Of a stretch of 64,000 nt of DNA, positions 24,188-35,294 are shown one piece after another. Source of the stretch: Minutocellus sp. GHC0000111 (taxonomy: Eukaryota); the NCBI GenBank assembly GCA_977018835.1, contig OZ361257.1, positions 4,030,001 through 4,094,000 on the forward strand. Direction: 5' to 3'. A program made the translations under genes and the position numbers. Position 1 is the stretch's first letter, and each line of letters begins with the position of its first letter. The notes beneath the pieces are model-generated. The model searched no databases. It was not told the DNA's origin and was given only the letters and a program-made list of their open reading frames with translations.

Positions 24188-24644
24188 GCCTCATTCTGTC
24201 GATGTGTTGCTCTGTTACGAGTAAGGCTTGGTATGGGTATGGTACGCCTCACTCGCCTCTTCTCCTCGCGGCCTGCCTGGCGATGGCCGCTGACTTTTTC
24301 TTCAACTTGGGTGGATGCGTGCGACGGAAAGACGAGCAACGCGAAGCAGCACAACACGTGTCAGCCAGCAGAGCAAGCCAGTATCGAAGTACCCGGCCCT
24401 AACTTCGACACCACCGGCGGTCCACCAAGGGGGAGGAGGGGGGCGGGCAGCCGGGGCCCCACCGGCCCGGCGGGAGGGGGGCAGCCGGCCGACGATCGCG
24501 CTCAGGCGCTCGGACGTGCATGCTTCACCGCGTAGAAACACACGGCAGCCCTTTTTTCATTTTTCGCACACAGCAGCACAAAACACAAACTCAATCATTC
24601 AGACACATCAACATCACTACTACTACCAACATCTTTCCTCAACC

Positions 24645-26346
24645 ATGATGAACTTCCCTACCTTGGCCAATATGGGAGTTGGGGCTGTAAAGTTCCTGCT
24701 ACTCTACGTGGCTGTCCAGTTTTTCATTGTGGATCCTTTGCTCAAACAGTATCAAAAGCAAATCGAGCACGATCCGGCCGGTCCACAGGCCAACCAGGGA
24801 GCTCTCGTCCCTGCACCCAATGCCGCTGCTGCCAATGCCAATGCCCCCCTTGCAATCGCAGATGGTAGAGCCCCCAGACTTATCCAGAAGGGAATTCATG
24901 TCCTGTTTTCTCTGTTAGTCCACATGACTGTCGGGTTCCCCTCCTTTCTTTTGGAGCTCGTGTCTGAACTTGCCAAGGTCTTGCCTATTCAAGGAATCCA
25001 TGGTATCTGGACAGCCCTGTGCCTTCATTATGACAATGCCTGTCGCATCATCGTCTTATTGGGCAGGGATACTTCTTCCTTCATTGGTTTGGTCTACCAA
25101 CATCCGATTGCAATTCTGTTGGTCATCCTCTGCTTTGGAGCTACTTACCTTGGTTCATTCGTCCTCGCCTCCAACCGTGCTCTCGTCGCCCGTGTTAACC
25201 CACCTCCAGTCCATGAACTCCCCGCTTTTGTTGTAGCCAACGCCCCTTCCTACATGCTAGCACTGCTTGAACGGAAAGAAACAGAAGAGAATTACGAGAA
25301 TAGGATAGTCTCTTCCTTCAGTGTCGTCTTCGAAGTGATGCCTTTTCTGATTTACTTTCTTATTCTGTTTTTGACAATGTCTTTCCTACCAGTCAATATG
25401 AGAAGAGGCGCAGCGATTGTCTCAATTGCTCTTCTATTTATTATGTGGCTCCCCCACTTACTGACTATGAGTTGGATTGAAAGAAAGTCAAGCTATCCTT
25501 TCCTGCTATCTTTGACCGATGCCCTGATGACAGGCCCACTCATGGAGTCAAACCACGGATTTTTTTTACCAGTACCGGCAGATGTACCCCATCGTCATGC
25601 TTATTCTTTTCACAATATATTCGGTTTTCCAGAGTATTTTCTACGCTTCGTGTCGCTGCTCCCTGTCGTTGTACATGAGCATGAATTCAGTCTTGTGCTG
25701 CACACTGAATTATATGTTTGGAGTTCTTGTCGCCGGATTCTCTCACTACGGCTTTACTAATGTAGTGCTTTACGCCAGTGCGGCGGTGATGGCGAAATTC
25801 TTTATCTTCGAGGGCATCGGCCTCTTCATTGATCTGGGTACCATCATGGACTGGATCTTCTTCCAACATTCGGCAGGATTCTTCCTCGTTGCTATCTTGT
25901 ACTATGTAGGAGTCTTCCACGCTATATTCTTCCTCGCCTTGTACTGTGGTCTTCGCGTCCATCTCAGCCCCCCTGATTTTCGTGATCTTCTGGGCTCATA
26001 TGTCGGAGATTTCCTTTGTCGTATCTCCGACTCTATCTCGGTGTGGGCCTTCCTCCTTGTGGTCACCCTCTTTTATGGCATGGTCGTTCTTTTTCCTTGT
26101 CAGGAGTACTTTGAAAGGAATTTCCCTTTTCGTCAGCTCAACAAGCCTAGAAGTGCCGCGAACGGGATGATCGCTTTGACCCAGCTCCTAAATCTTTACA
26201 TTTTCCTCTTTGCTTCGGCTGTGTTCTATTTTCGTTTGATCAATGCCTTCATGCCAGGCCCACTCCGTGTAACTACCAGCCCAATCGCCTTTTGGCTGCG
26301 TCAGCATGGTGTTATCTCCCATTTCATCGATTTCTTCTTTGGGTAA
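24645..26346 (+). CDS. Orphan polytopic membrane protein, split by a frameshift at the T8 run 25560-25567
   Basis: Two overlapping, very hydrophobic ORFs join as ..NHGFF/YQYRQMYPIV if one T is removed; roughly ten or more TM-like segments; no recognisable family motif. Confidence 0.5.
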
Positions 26347-26721
26347 ATCATGCTGTTTGGCACGTTGGTACGTGCAGGATAAATTTGATAGTGTGTAACA
26401 TATTCTAATATCCAAAAAGAAACTTAATCGAGAGTATTCTTGTCGTTTCTATCATTTTGGGTTGGGTTGAAGGGAGAGAGATTCCCGTGGCCAATTAAGC
26501 GATTCATTCCTCTACGATTTCCCGGACATCTGAGAATTACATTCGGAAAAATGTAATCGTGAAGGTCGAGGAAGACGTTCCTTACTCTGATTGGGCAACG
26601 GGTGCCATTCCAGACGCCGTGCGAGATTACATGAGAGCAGCTTCTACCACCAAATCTGAGGGTGTTTAAGATTGAATTCCGAATCCTACTTCTCTATCAA
26701 TCTCAATTTCTTTTCATTAGA

Positions 26722-28049
26722 TCAATCCACCGGCGCTAGCCACACATTGTTCCCTTGTCCCGATCGGTCTGGTCCACCCACCAAAGGTCCCGTCTCACCA
26801 TAAATGGGAGCGGCAACGTATGGAGTGGGGAATTCTTCAAGCGCGTTGGGATCCTTGTCGATTCCGGCACCTCCACCAGTTCCAATATTATCCTGCCTTC
26901 TCTTCTCGCGATAAACAAGGAGGGCCACGAATGCCACGGCCACCACGGCAGCTACTGCATACGGTACAGCTTCTACCATATCTGCTGACACCACCCCGGA
27001 AGGAGAGTCTCCTAGGCCAGTGCATCCCAACAATGTGAGACAGGTACCACAGACTGGGCAGTCAGTAGGACAAGGATATCCCCCGTCTTCTGGACACGCC
27101 AACATTCCACTACTCATCAGGTTCTCAGCAGCCAAGCATTCGCAACCATCAAGAGTATCAGTGCCAGCGCATGTGAGGGCCAAGTCCCAGAGCCAGTAGG
27201 AGCTGAAACTCTCGCAAACAGTAATGTCAAAATTGACAGTGGCGTCGTTGTTATTGCCACCTCCGTTGACGGCCCCCTCTCCATCACCATTGTCGTCTTC
27301 ATCCCCTCGATTATCGTTCCCTTCGTTTGCATCATCGCCACCTTCGTTATTATTACCGCCATTTCCTTGTCCATTATTTCCACCTCCAGACGAATCGCCA
27401 TTGCCCGTATTTCCTCCATTCTCACCACTGCCATCGCCGCCTCCACCAGAATAATTGTTGTTACCGCCGCTTCCTTTTCCACTTCCCTTGCCTCCTCTTC
27501 CTCCACCGCCGCTGCCCTTTCCTTTGCCTCCACCTTTTCCAGATGTAGTCCACGCTTCGCAGGCGTCATCCTCGTATGAGTATTTTTGAACGTGACCTGG
27601 ACAGGGGGGCATATCACTCGGGAATATCCAAGCGGATTCCATCTCGTCGCATGTGAGCTGCTGACATCCAGCGTACGATGATCCTTTGCCTCCTCCACCA
27701 CTTTTGGTCCCCTTGGCAGCTCTGCGGCGAACTTCGGCCACCCTCGACGTCTTCTCATCGAAGATGGCCTTTTGGGCGTTGGGTTCGGTTGTCGCAGATA
27801 CAGGTGTAGATGGCGGATATGACGATCTGGAACGACGCTTGATCCGTTTCTTCCTTTTGACACTGCCGTCCATGGCACGATACTCTGCTTTTTTGGCATG
27901 CTATTGTTACTGGTGCTTGCTGGATATCGTTGGCTATGAAGATTAGGAGTTCTGGTATTGGTCGACGTGGAAGCCATCGATGGATCTGCGGATAGCAGCG
28001 TCACGAGGAGCGACGCCACGACAATGATTGGTAATGGCGGCACGAACAT
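26722..28049 (-). CDS. Type I membrane protein with Lys/Gly- and Asn/Gly-rich low-complexity region and a Cys-rich domain; frameshift at ~27889-27894
   Basis: Signal MFVPPLPIIVVASLLVTLLSA; GKGGGKGKGSGG repeats; CESFSSYWLWDLALTC..CEC..CP..CPVCGTC; TM AVPYAVAAVVAVAFVALLVY followed by REKRR. Confidence 0.7.
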
Positions 28050-28648
28050 GATGTTCGTCTTCCTCGTAATTCTGATATGACTTGTGGATTTCTCAAGCTT
28101 GTTTGGGCCTTCCTTCTTCTCCAAGATGATACATCTCAATCCAGCGGACCTGGTTGGGCGAGATGATGATAATGGTACATGTAGGAATGACGAGAATGGA
28201 CGTGACGACTGTCTCGGCCTCTTCTTGTTGCGATGGCTCCTTCGGCACGAAAATTTTGCTTGCCGCATACTACGTAGTAATCGGTTTCCACGCTGAAATA
28301 TATATCTTTCACAGTCAAAAGAGGGACGTAACCGACGGCAATCGACAGATCTACTTTACTGATGGCGTGAATCAAATTAATTCAGGAGGAAGCATCAATT
28401 TATTGAAACATCACACATGCAATCCAGCCAGCAGCAAAGCGTGGCACGCTCGCGCGGCGGTTCGCTAACATGAAACAGTACACGAACCCAGAGCGAAGGA
28501 ATTTACCGGGACTGACTTTGTCGGGAGTCGCTTGGATCAGCAAGAGCATCTTGGATTCGAGAAGCAAGATTCGAGAGGCAAGATGGTGCACAGACTACGA
28601 AGCTGAACTAAACAAAGGATCAGCACAATTCAGTAAACATTACCAAAA

Positions 28649-30151
28649 ATGAAACTCTCTATCGCCCTCATCGGTCTCTTCACTGGCACCGCCGCCGGTG
28701 CCAATGCCGGCGCCGCCGGCACCTCCACAAATGCAAATCGTGGATCAAGAAAGATGAGCAGTTCGCACGCCGTCGAATCTGCTTCATCCAACTCCCTCAC
28801 GGCCTCCACTGTCGTCAGAGCCCAGCGCTCCGTTGAGCGCGCCGTCAAGACTGCCAAATCCATGGCCGACCGCAAGCGCCGTCGTCAGCTCGTCGCCACC
28901 AGAGCGGTCCTTCTGGGAGTAGCCCGTCGTGCTTACCATGAGCGTCAGCGCGATCTCCAAGATACTGCCGGTATGCCGTCCGACATGTCCGATATGGACC
29001 TCTCTGCCATCGAGGATATGCTCGAGAGCATGGGCATCACCGTCCCCGAAGACGCAAACGGCAATCCTGATTTTGAGGCGTTGGCGGCCCAATTCGGCAT
29101 CGATTTGGATAGCATGGGCGGTGACATGACGGGAGATGGTGACATGAGTGACATGATGGGGGACTTTGACATGGGAGATTTTGATCTTGACTCTCTCCTG
29201 GGTGACGATTTTTCACTAGAAGACCTGATGGGTGGAGACGATGGCATGGGAGGAGGTGATGACATGGACAAGGATCTCGATGACTTGATGGGTGACACGG
29301 ACATGAACATGGAAGATCTCGACGCTTTGTTCGGCGGACTGTTTGGCGACGGCGAAGATGGTGACCCAGCCTCCGGTATCGGCGCCTTCATTTGTGGCAT
29401 TATGGGAATGATCGAGGAGGAGGCCGGACAGACGTGTGACTGCGACGCATCGAGCGGCGATCTCGTACTCAATTGCAGCTCGACGGAAGAAATTTGTGAT
29501 TTGCCTCCGGAGGGGACCATGCAGATGGATGGAGTGGAATTCTGTGTGTCCAGTTTAACCTCCACGGTCATTATTCCTCTTGATTTCATGGACGGCATGT
29601 TCGATGAGGACGGAAACATGGTTGAGGGTGGTGGAGCCGCCGACGCAGACATTCCCGAGGCTTCTGTCGAGAGTTGTGCCGTTTATTCCGCCCCGGCCTT
29701 TGTCGACGGGAAGGAGTTCTGCTTCAAGGCCACAATCGATCTCGACATGGACGAAATGATGGGAGATACTTCCGCCACTATGGGAGATGAGACCGCCGCC
29801 GTGGAAAATCTTTCGGAATTGATTGAGTGCGAAGCCTCCATTGACGGCCAAGATTGCGAAAGCTGTAGCATCTGTGACGATGGTCTTGGCATTGCCTTGA
29901 ACTGTCCCGGCCCTGGTCTCTTCTCTGAAGGCTGCACCGATGTCATGAGCGCTGTCGAGGGAACCGAAGGGGAAGGAGCCTCTCCCACCGATGGTCTTCC
30001 TACAACCGGCACTAGTACGTCAATCGTCCGCTTTGCCCAGGCCGCCGACGATAGTAGTCCTGCCGCTACTTTCTACGAAAACAAGAGTGGCGCCGTATTT
30101 ATGGGCGCCATTCTTTCGTTTATTTCGTTTTTTGCCTCAGCCTACATGTAG
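28649..30151 (+). CDS. Secreted or surface-anchored Asp/Met-rich acidic protein with RXL-type propeptide and Cys-rich domain
   Basis: Signal MKLSIALIGLFTGTAAG; basic pro-region ending RQRDLQ; DM/DL-rich tract; CDC..LNC..C..CDDGLGIALNC; hydrophobic C-terminus. Confidence 0.8.
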   Translation: MKLSIALIGLFTGTAAGANAGAAGTSTNANRGSRKMSSSHAVESASSNSLTASTVVRAQRSVERAVKTAKSMADRKRRRQLVATRAVLLGVARRAYHERQRDLQDTAGMPSDMSDMDLSAIEDMLESMGITVPEDANGNPDFEALAAQFGIDLDSMGGDMTGDGDMSDMMGDFDMGDFDLDSLLGDDFSLEDLMGGDDGMGGGDDMDKDLDDLMGDTDMNMEDLDALFGGLFGDGEDGDPASGIGAFICGIMGMIEEEAGQTCDCDASSGDLVLNCSSTEEICDLPPEGTMQMDGVEFCVSSLTSTVIIPLDFMDGMFDEDGNMVEGGGAADADIPEASVESCAVYSAPAFVDGKEFCFKATIDLDMDEMMGDTSATMGDETAAVENLSELIECEASIDGQDCESCSICDDGLGIALNCPGPGLFSEGCTDVMSAVEGTEGEGASPTDGLPTTGTSTSIVRFAQAADDSSPAATFYENKSGAVFMGAILSFISFFASAYM

Positions 30152-30529
30152 AATAGAAGGCCTTGAAGACATGATAGTACCGCCGAGCAGAGTACAGCAT
30201 TCCTTGCATTGTTTAGATTTCTTCTCAAGAATTCAATGTTAGCTTATTCAGTCCTCTACATGTATTGAAAAGCGCATTTTTCATCCTTTTGCTTCATGCA
30301 ACGAAGCAAAGATAAAAAGAGTTCACAGTGGAAGGCATTCTTCTACTTTCCACTATATATAATTAAAAGAAATATTAGAGTTATTTGGACTGTATCATCC
30401 TACCTAATCAGGGAGACGAGAGCCTTTTCTTTGGGTTTACAAAAAATTGAAGATAAAAAAATATGACTAGTACTGGACAGAATCTCACTCTTTTCTCATA
30501 GTAATAGAGGTGGGGCGGCAAAAACATGA

Positions 30530-33500
30530 TCAGGCGGTATAAATAGGCTTCTTGTTGCCATTGATGAGAGGCTTGGTTTCGCCGGCGGCATTGGCAACAT
30601 CATCGTCAACATCCAACGGAATTCCATCTACTACCGGTACGCTTTCTTCACCCTCACGTTCTGGATGGACCGTATCCTCGATCGTAGGGATCATGGCACC
30701 TTCGAGATGCTGTCCCTTGACTCGCGTTACGTTCCAACTTGCCTTTTCCTTCTTTAGCTTTGCAGCCGATATGGGCTTGGCTTCAGATGCGAGGAGAGGT
30801 ACTGCAAAAGGAAAAAGGAGTAGTGTAGGGGTCATAGTTGAAAACCAAACGTTGAGAAGAAAGAAGATAAAAGAAAAAACGACCGGTACCATGCAAATTC
30901 ATTTGCAGACGACGAAGCCAATTCATTCCTTGCTTGTGCGATTTCCACTCACTGCTCTTGTACCGGCTCGTCTTGAATGTAGGAACGTTACTAATGTAAG
31001 CGCCAAACATTGCTTTCTTGAGAACCTTGAGCTTCTTGGCATCTTCCCTTGCTGTGCGAGCCTGCATCTTGAGAAGATCCAACTGTTCCTGCTGTGCCTT
31101 TTCACCCTCCTCCTTCATTTCCTGAAGCTTCTGCTTAAAGTAGCTATGCCAGAAGATATCCACACACATCATCCATGGGCCAAGGAAGGTCCACACAAGG
31201 ATTCGTGTCGTCCAGAGGATGAGCCACCCCCAAGGGACAAAGAGGCACAGGATCGCTAGCAGGTAAAGACTCGTTGTGATCAAGAAGGCGATGTAAGATT
31301 CTTCCCAGATCACAACGTTGCGCACAAATCGCATGATACTGATCACCTGTTCCAAAATCGTTTGGATCTGCACCCACAAAGCGGCGAACGGGTCGATGGT
31401 AACTCCAGTTCCCATCACACCGCCGCCTCCTTTTGTCGAAATGTCAACATTGGCATCGCCAATTGCTGCCATCTCTTTCTGATACTCTTCTTGTTTTTTC
31501 AGATTCTCAATGCGAGCCTTTTCGGCCTCCTCCTCGTAAGTTTTAACCTTCTCTTCCCAGTTCCTCTCAAACTCCTTGAATTCTTCGGCGTTTTCATAAG
31601 GCTCGATGGTTTGTGGGGGCGATATGCCCTTGCCGAAGATCAGGGTGCGAAGATAATAGTGATAGGTGCGGCAGCGGACCCATTTGGATGGGCTATTGCG
31701 ACGAAAGCCAAGAGAGCTAGACAATACGAGTCCGAGAGATGCCAAGATAAACGAAAGAAGATATTTGGGGTGCTCGACAACAATCACTGCTGCGACAAAG
31801 ACGAGAAGAGAACGGATCGGAAGCTTGATTGTGCAGGAGCAGATCGATACGGGATGGTGTCCGCGCCAAAGAATGATGCTCTTTAGCCCGTCTTGAATGT
31901 AGAAAAGTGCTCGCTGATATGTCATGAGCTCCTCGATGTACTTATTGATTTGTTGCAGTCCATACTTTTTGGCTCCCATCTGGCCGGTGGCGGCGGCGTA
32001 TCTGACAACGTGAAAGTCCTTCTTGAGAGGAAGATTGACATGGAAGGATGGGGGAGGGAGAGTTAGGGCAGAAAGAAGTAACCCACGCTCATTTTCATAT
32101 TCAATCATCAAACGGACTGTAATGGATCCCCGAGCCTTTCGATCCTTCCAAACATCAGTATTGTAGATGTCGTAGTGAAGTAGGTACTCGGTGTAGGGGT
32201 GGAAGTTCGAGAGATCGATGGACACGCGTCCGATCGCATCGTGATCATCATATCCCGTGTCATAATCAAAGATTCCGAGGTGAATCTGAGAACTTGAATG
32301 CATCACCCTCAAGGCAAATGCACGCTTGCTCCAAGGCATCCATCTCGGAGACAATTTATCGGCAATGACGTCCGTCTTGAGGACACAATCCTCAAACACA
32401 GCAGTGACGTAACTATCAGTCTTGTTGCCAACGAGACCTCCGGAGTCAAGATTCGGTAGATTATCGCACCCAATTATCTCGAGGTAAACGCGACCGAGGT
32501 CTCCTGTGCCTGCGTCAATCCAATTCTTCGACCTTTTCATTGCTGCCTCGTCCTGGATCTGGGCATGTGTCATCCACTTCGTCTCAGCTTTGCGATCAGG
32601 ATCTGCAGAAGGACGGATCTTGTATTTCTTCAGCTTTGTCGGTCCACCTTTGGGACTCATGTTTTCTCCTTCTTTGTATTCATAGTCATCATACTCTTGA
32701 GATCACTCTGCGCCCCCCATCGGTGGACAAGGCAGTGGGATCATCTTCGCTAATTTTGCTCATACCACGCTTCAATTTGGCCATAAATTCGAGGTCGTGT
32801 TCAGTTGCGTGTCTGCATCGGATGGCTATGTTACCCTTCACGGTAACGCTCGTACGGCCTGCTTCTGGCAACAACGGAAAGAGACCATGCGATCCCCGTC
32901 ACCTTCAAAAAGGGTTCGAGGAGATGCAAAGGTATGTCCAAGACTTTCGCTACCACCCACAGTATCATAATCCTTCACTTCAAACTTGAGCCCATCCTGA
33001 GAATCGAAAAGGTCATCAGCAGTTGTATTGAGGAGGAACAGAGACCCAGTCTTGATGGTGTACGTTGGTTCCAAACTGAAGGAAGAAACATTGAAATAAG
33101 AGAAGATGGATAAATGAAATCGAAGTTAGGTCAGGTCAAATCAAATCATAACCGGATAGACATGATGTTTCCTACACCGCACAAACAATTAATTATCTTT
33201 GACTTACGTTCCGTTCAAATGTTTCGTCTTGTGGACTTCTTTTCCGTTCATGGTTACCTTGACATATGGGTCACTGCCTCCAACAGCATCTGCCTTGGCT
33301 AAATCCCAAGCACTGACTATCTCCACCAACAATGTCAGAGGAGCCTTAGGATCTTCGATTTTCAGGCCGGACATTGCATTGGTCTTGCGTTTCTGATCGC
33401 GTTCAGCTTGACCAGCCTTGAGGATTTTGAAGAGCTCAAGGAAGGCGGTGGCCTCAGCCTCCGTTCCGAAACGCAAATGTTTGGTGCCAGTGTGGCGACC

Positions 33501-34366
33501 ACCAGCTGTAAAGCCAATCTTGGTGCCCTTATGAGATACAATGTCCACCTCCCTCATGGGAAGCTCGTGCTTGGTTTTCCATTCGGTGGCAAGCGGAATG
33601 GTGCTGGACCCACCTCCCTGCGCGGCTGTAACGCCGAAGCCAGGGAAACGCCCAGCCTTCCAACCGCCTGGTCCAAGATCGTCGTGAGTTGGCAAGAAGG
33701 CATCGGCACCAATGGTTCCCACCGAGGCGTCATCATCATCATCAGCCAATGTGCCGGCCACGGTATCCTTCTCGTCGGCGTCTTTGGCAGAAACGACAGC
33801 TTCCATCCCATCGATCTCGGCTGGCGCCTTCTTGGGCTTCATCTTCACCGGAGTCACTGCCCCAACAGCTCCACCAACGGCCCGAACGGCTTTGCCTGGA
33901 AGTCCCGCAGCTACCTTGACGGCGCCACCTGGCATTCCGGCCGCGGACTGAGCCATGGTTTTGGCCTTGACCATTACTCTGCACCATTGGTATTTTGAGA
34001 GGTTGATGAGCAAAATGAATGAAATGATTGAGAATAATGAAGCGTACAATATACAGGTCACAACAAAGCACATCATAACCCCACACCAACAGTGCAAAAT
34101 ATATCTTGTACTTACCGAACGAGACACTGCTCGGTCTCCTTGCCACCAACCACCTCGGGAGGAACACGGCGCATCTCAAAGGCGATGACGCGCCGATCTT
34201 TCACCAGAAGCTTCGTTGGGCTCATTCCGATGTTCTTTACCTTGCCGGCGACGGTTGATGCGCCAGCATCCCATTGCACCTCCCAGCAATGAAACGATTT
34301 GATGGTCGGCTCGTCTTCAGAGTCGAGAAGATTCCTCCCCGAAAGCATCTGCTTGATGGAATCCAT
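30530..34366 (-). CDS. Multi-C2-domain transmembrane protein (MCTP-like), multi-exon, with three clustered frameshifts at ~32665-32885
   Basis: C2 motifs LLVEIVSAWDLAKADAVGGSDPYVKV, FEVKDYD, YLEIIGCDNLPNLD..TDSYV, GIFDYD..DHDAIGRV; TM pairs; introns near 33970-34112, 33077-33207, 30803-30952. Confidence 0.82.
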
Positions 34367-35294
34367 ATTTTGTTTGTCTGACGCTTAGTTTTTCGCTTTG
34401 CTGTGTTGGATTTGGGAACGGCTCAACCTGGTATCTTGGCTGGAATGTTTTGTTTGTTGCGCCAAGTGTCCGCCCAGTATATTTCGAAGTGCTCGGGTGT
34501 GGCGGAAATGACAAGCCTGTTGCCAAAAAACTGCCTGGGAATATCGCTCTCTCTACGTAAGCTAAAAAGATATCTGGGCAATTTGCTCTTGTTGAAGCTG
34601 GGGAATGAGGCGCTTAGCAAATAAATAAATGCCCTTGTCCTAACTCGAAATTCAAGAGCAGCACCGGATCAACGCAATCACATTCGATAAGTGTTTGCGA
34701 AGGAGAAAGTGCAGCTCAGGAGAAGCAGCCAGTCAACTTGCTTGACGAGGGTGATGGCGGTCAATAAGTAAAAAATTGCAACCCAGGTCTGCTGTTCCGT
34801 TCACAACGATGGAGCGAGCTGCGAGAGGCGAAGTCAGTCATCAGGCAGTGCCAGGTGCCAGCATGGCTATGCCGGGAGATTGGTAGCGACGTTATGTATA
34901 AAAGTCCAAAAAACCCGAACATACTCTAGTACCTAGGTACCTAGGCCTAGGTACATGGCAGCAGCGGCAAGCATGCGGCCGAGCGATGCAAGGGCCGTCA
35001 GAGCCATTTCGTACCGACTTGGATTAAATCGTGAGGCGCGGCGGTACGCAACCGCACCGCATGCGTAGGCAGTCCACAATAGAGTGAGGTGGCAATTCCC
35101 TGCTGCTCATTTCTCTCTTCTGTGCATCTGTGCGTAAATCAAATCGAACTGGCCGCCTCTCGCGACTGACTCGATTCATTCGAGTCATTCATTCGAAGTC
35201 GAGAGCTGTTCCAACAGTTCCAACTGGAGCGACGCGTTGCGGTCTTGGTCATTGATTCATATTCCCATCTCTACCAACCAAAGAGCAACACAAA

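Noticed and set aside
24315..24644. Long N-terminal extension of the orphan ORF from a GTG start
   Set aside because: It runs through the G-rich island and a CA-rich 5'UTR-like tract; the ATG at 24645 has a better context.
26433..26669. Coding-looking remnant (..ENYIRKNVIVKVEEDVPYSDWATGAIPDAVRDYMRAA..*)
   Set aside because: No start codon, an in-frame TAA at 26496 and no recognisable family; it could be a relic or a last exon but cannot be supported.
32660..32890. Programmed frameshifting or micro-introns in the C2 gene
   Set aside because: All three shifts lie in short runs (A4, G6, TC repeat) with no GT-AG pairs or stimulatory structure; sequencing error is simpler.
35164..35200. Hairpin TGACTCGA-ttcat-TCGAGTCA upstream of the SLT transporter
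   Set aside because: A single 8-bp stem with no independent evidence of function.
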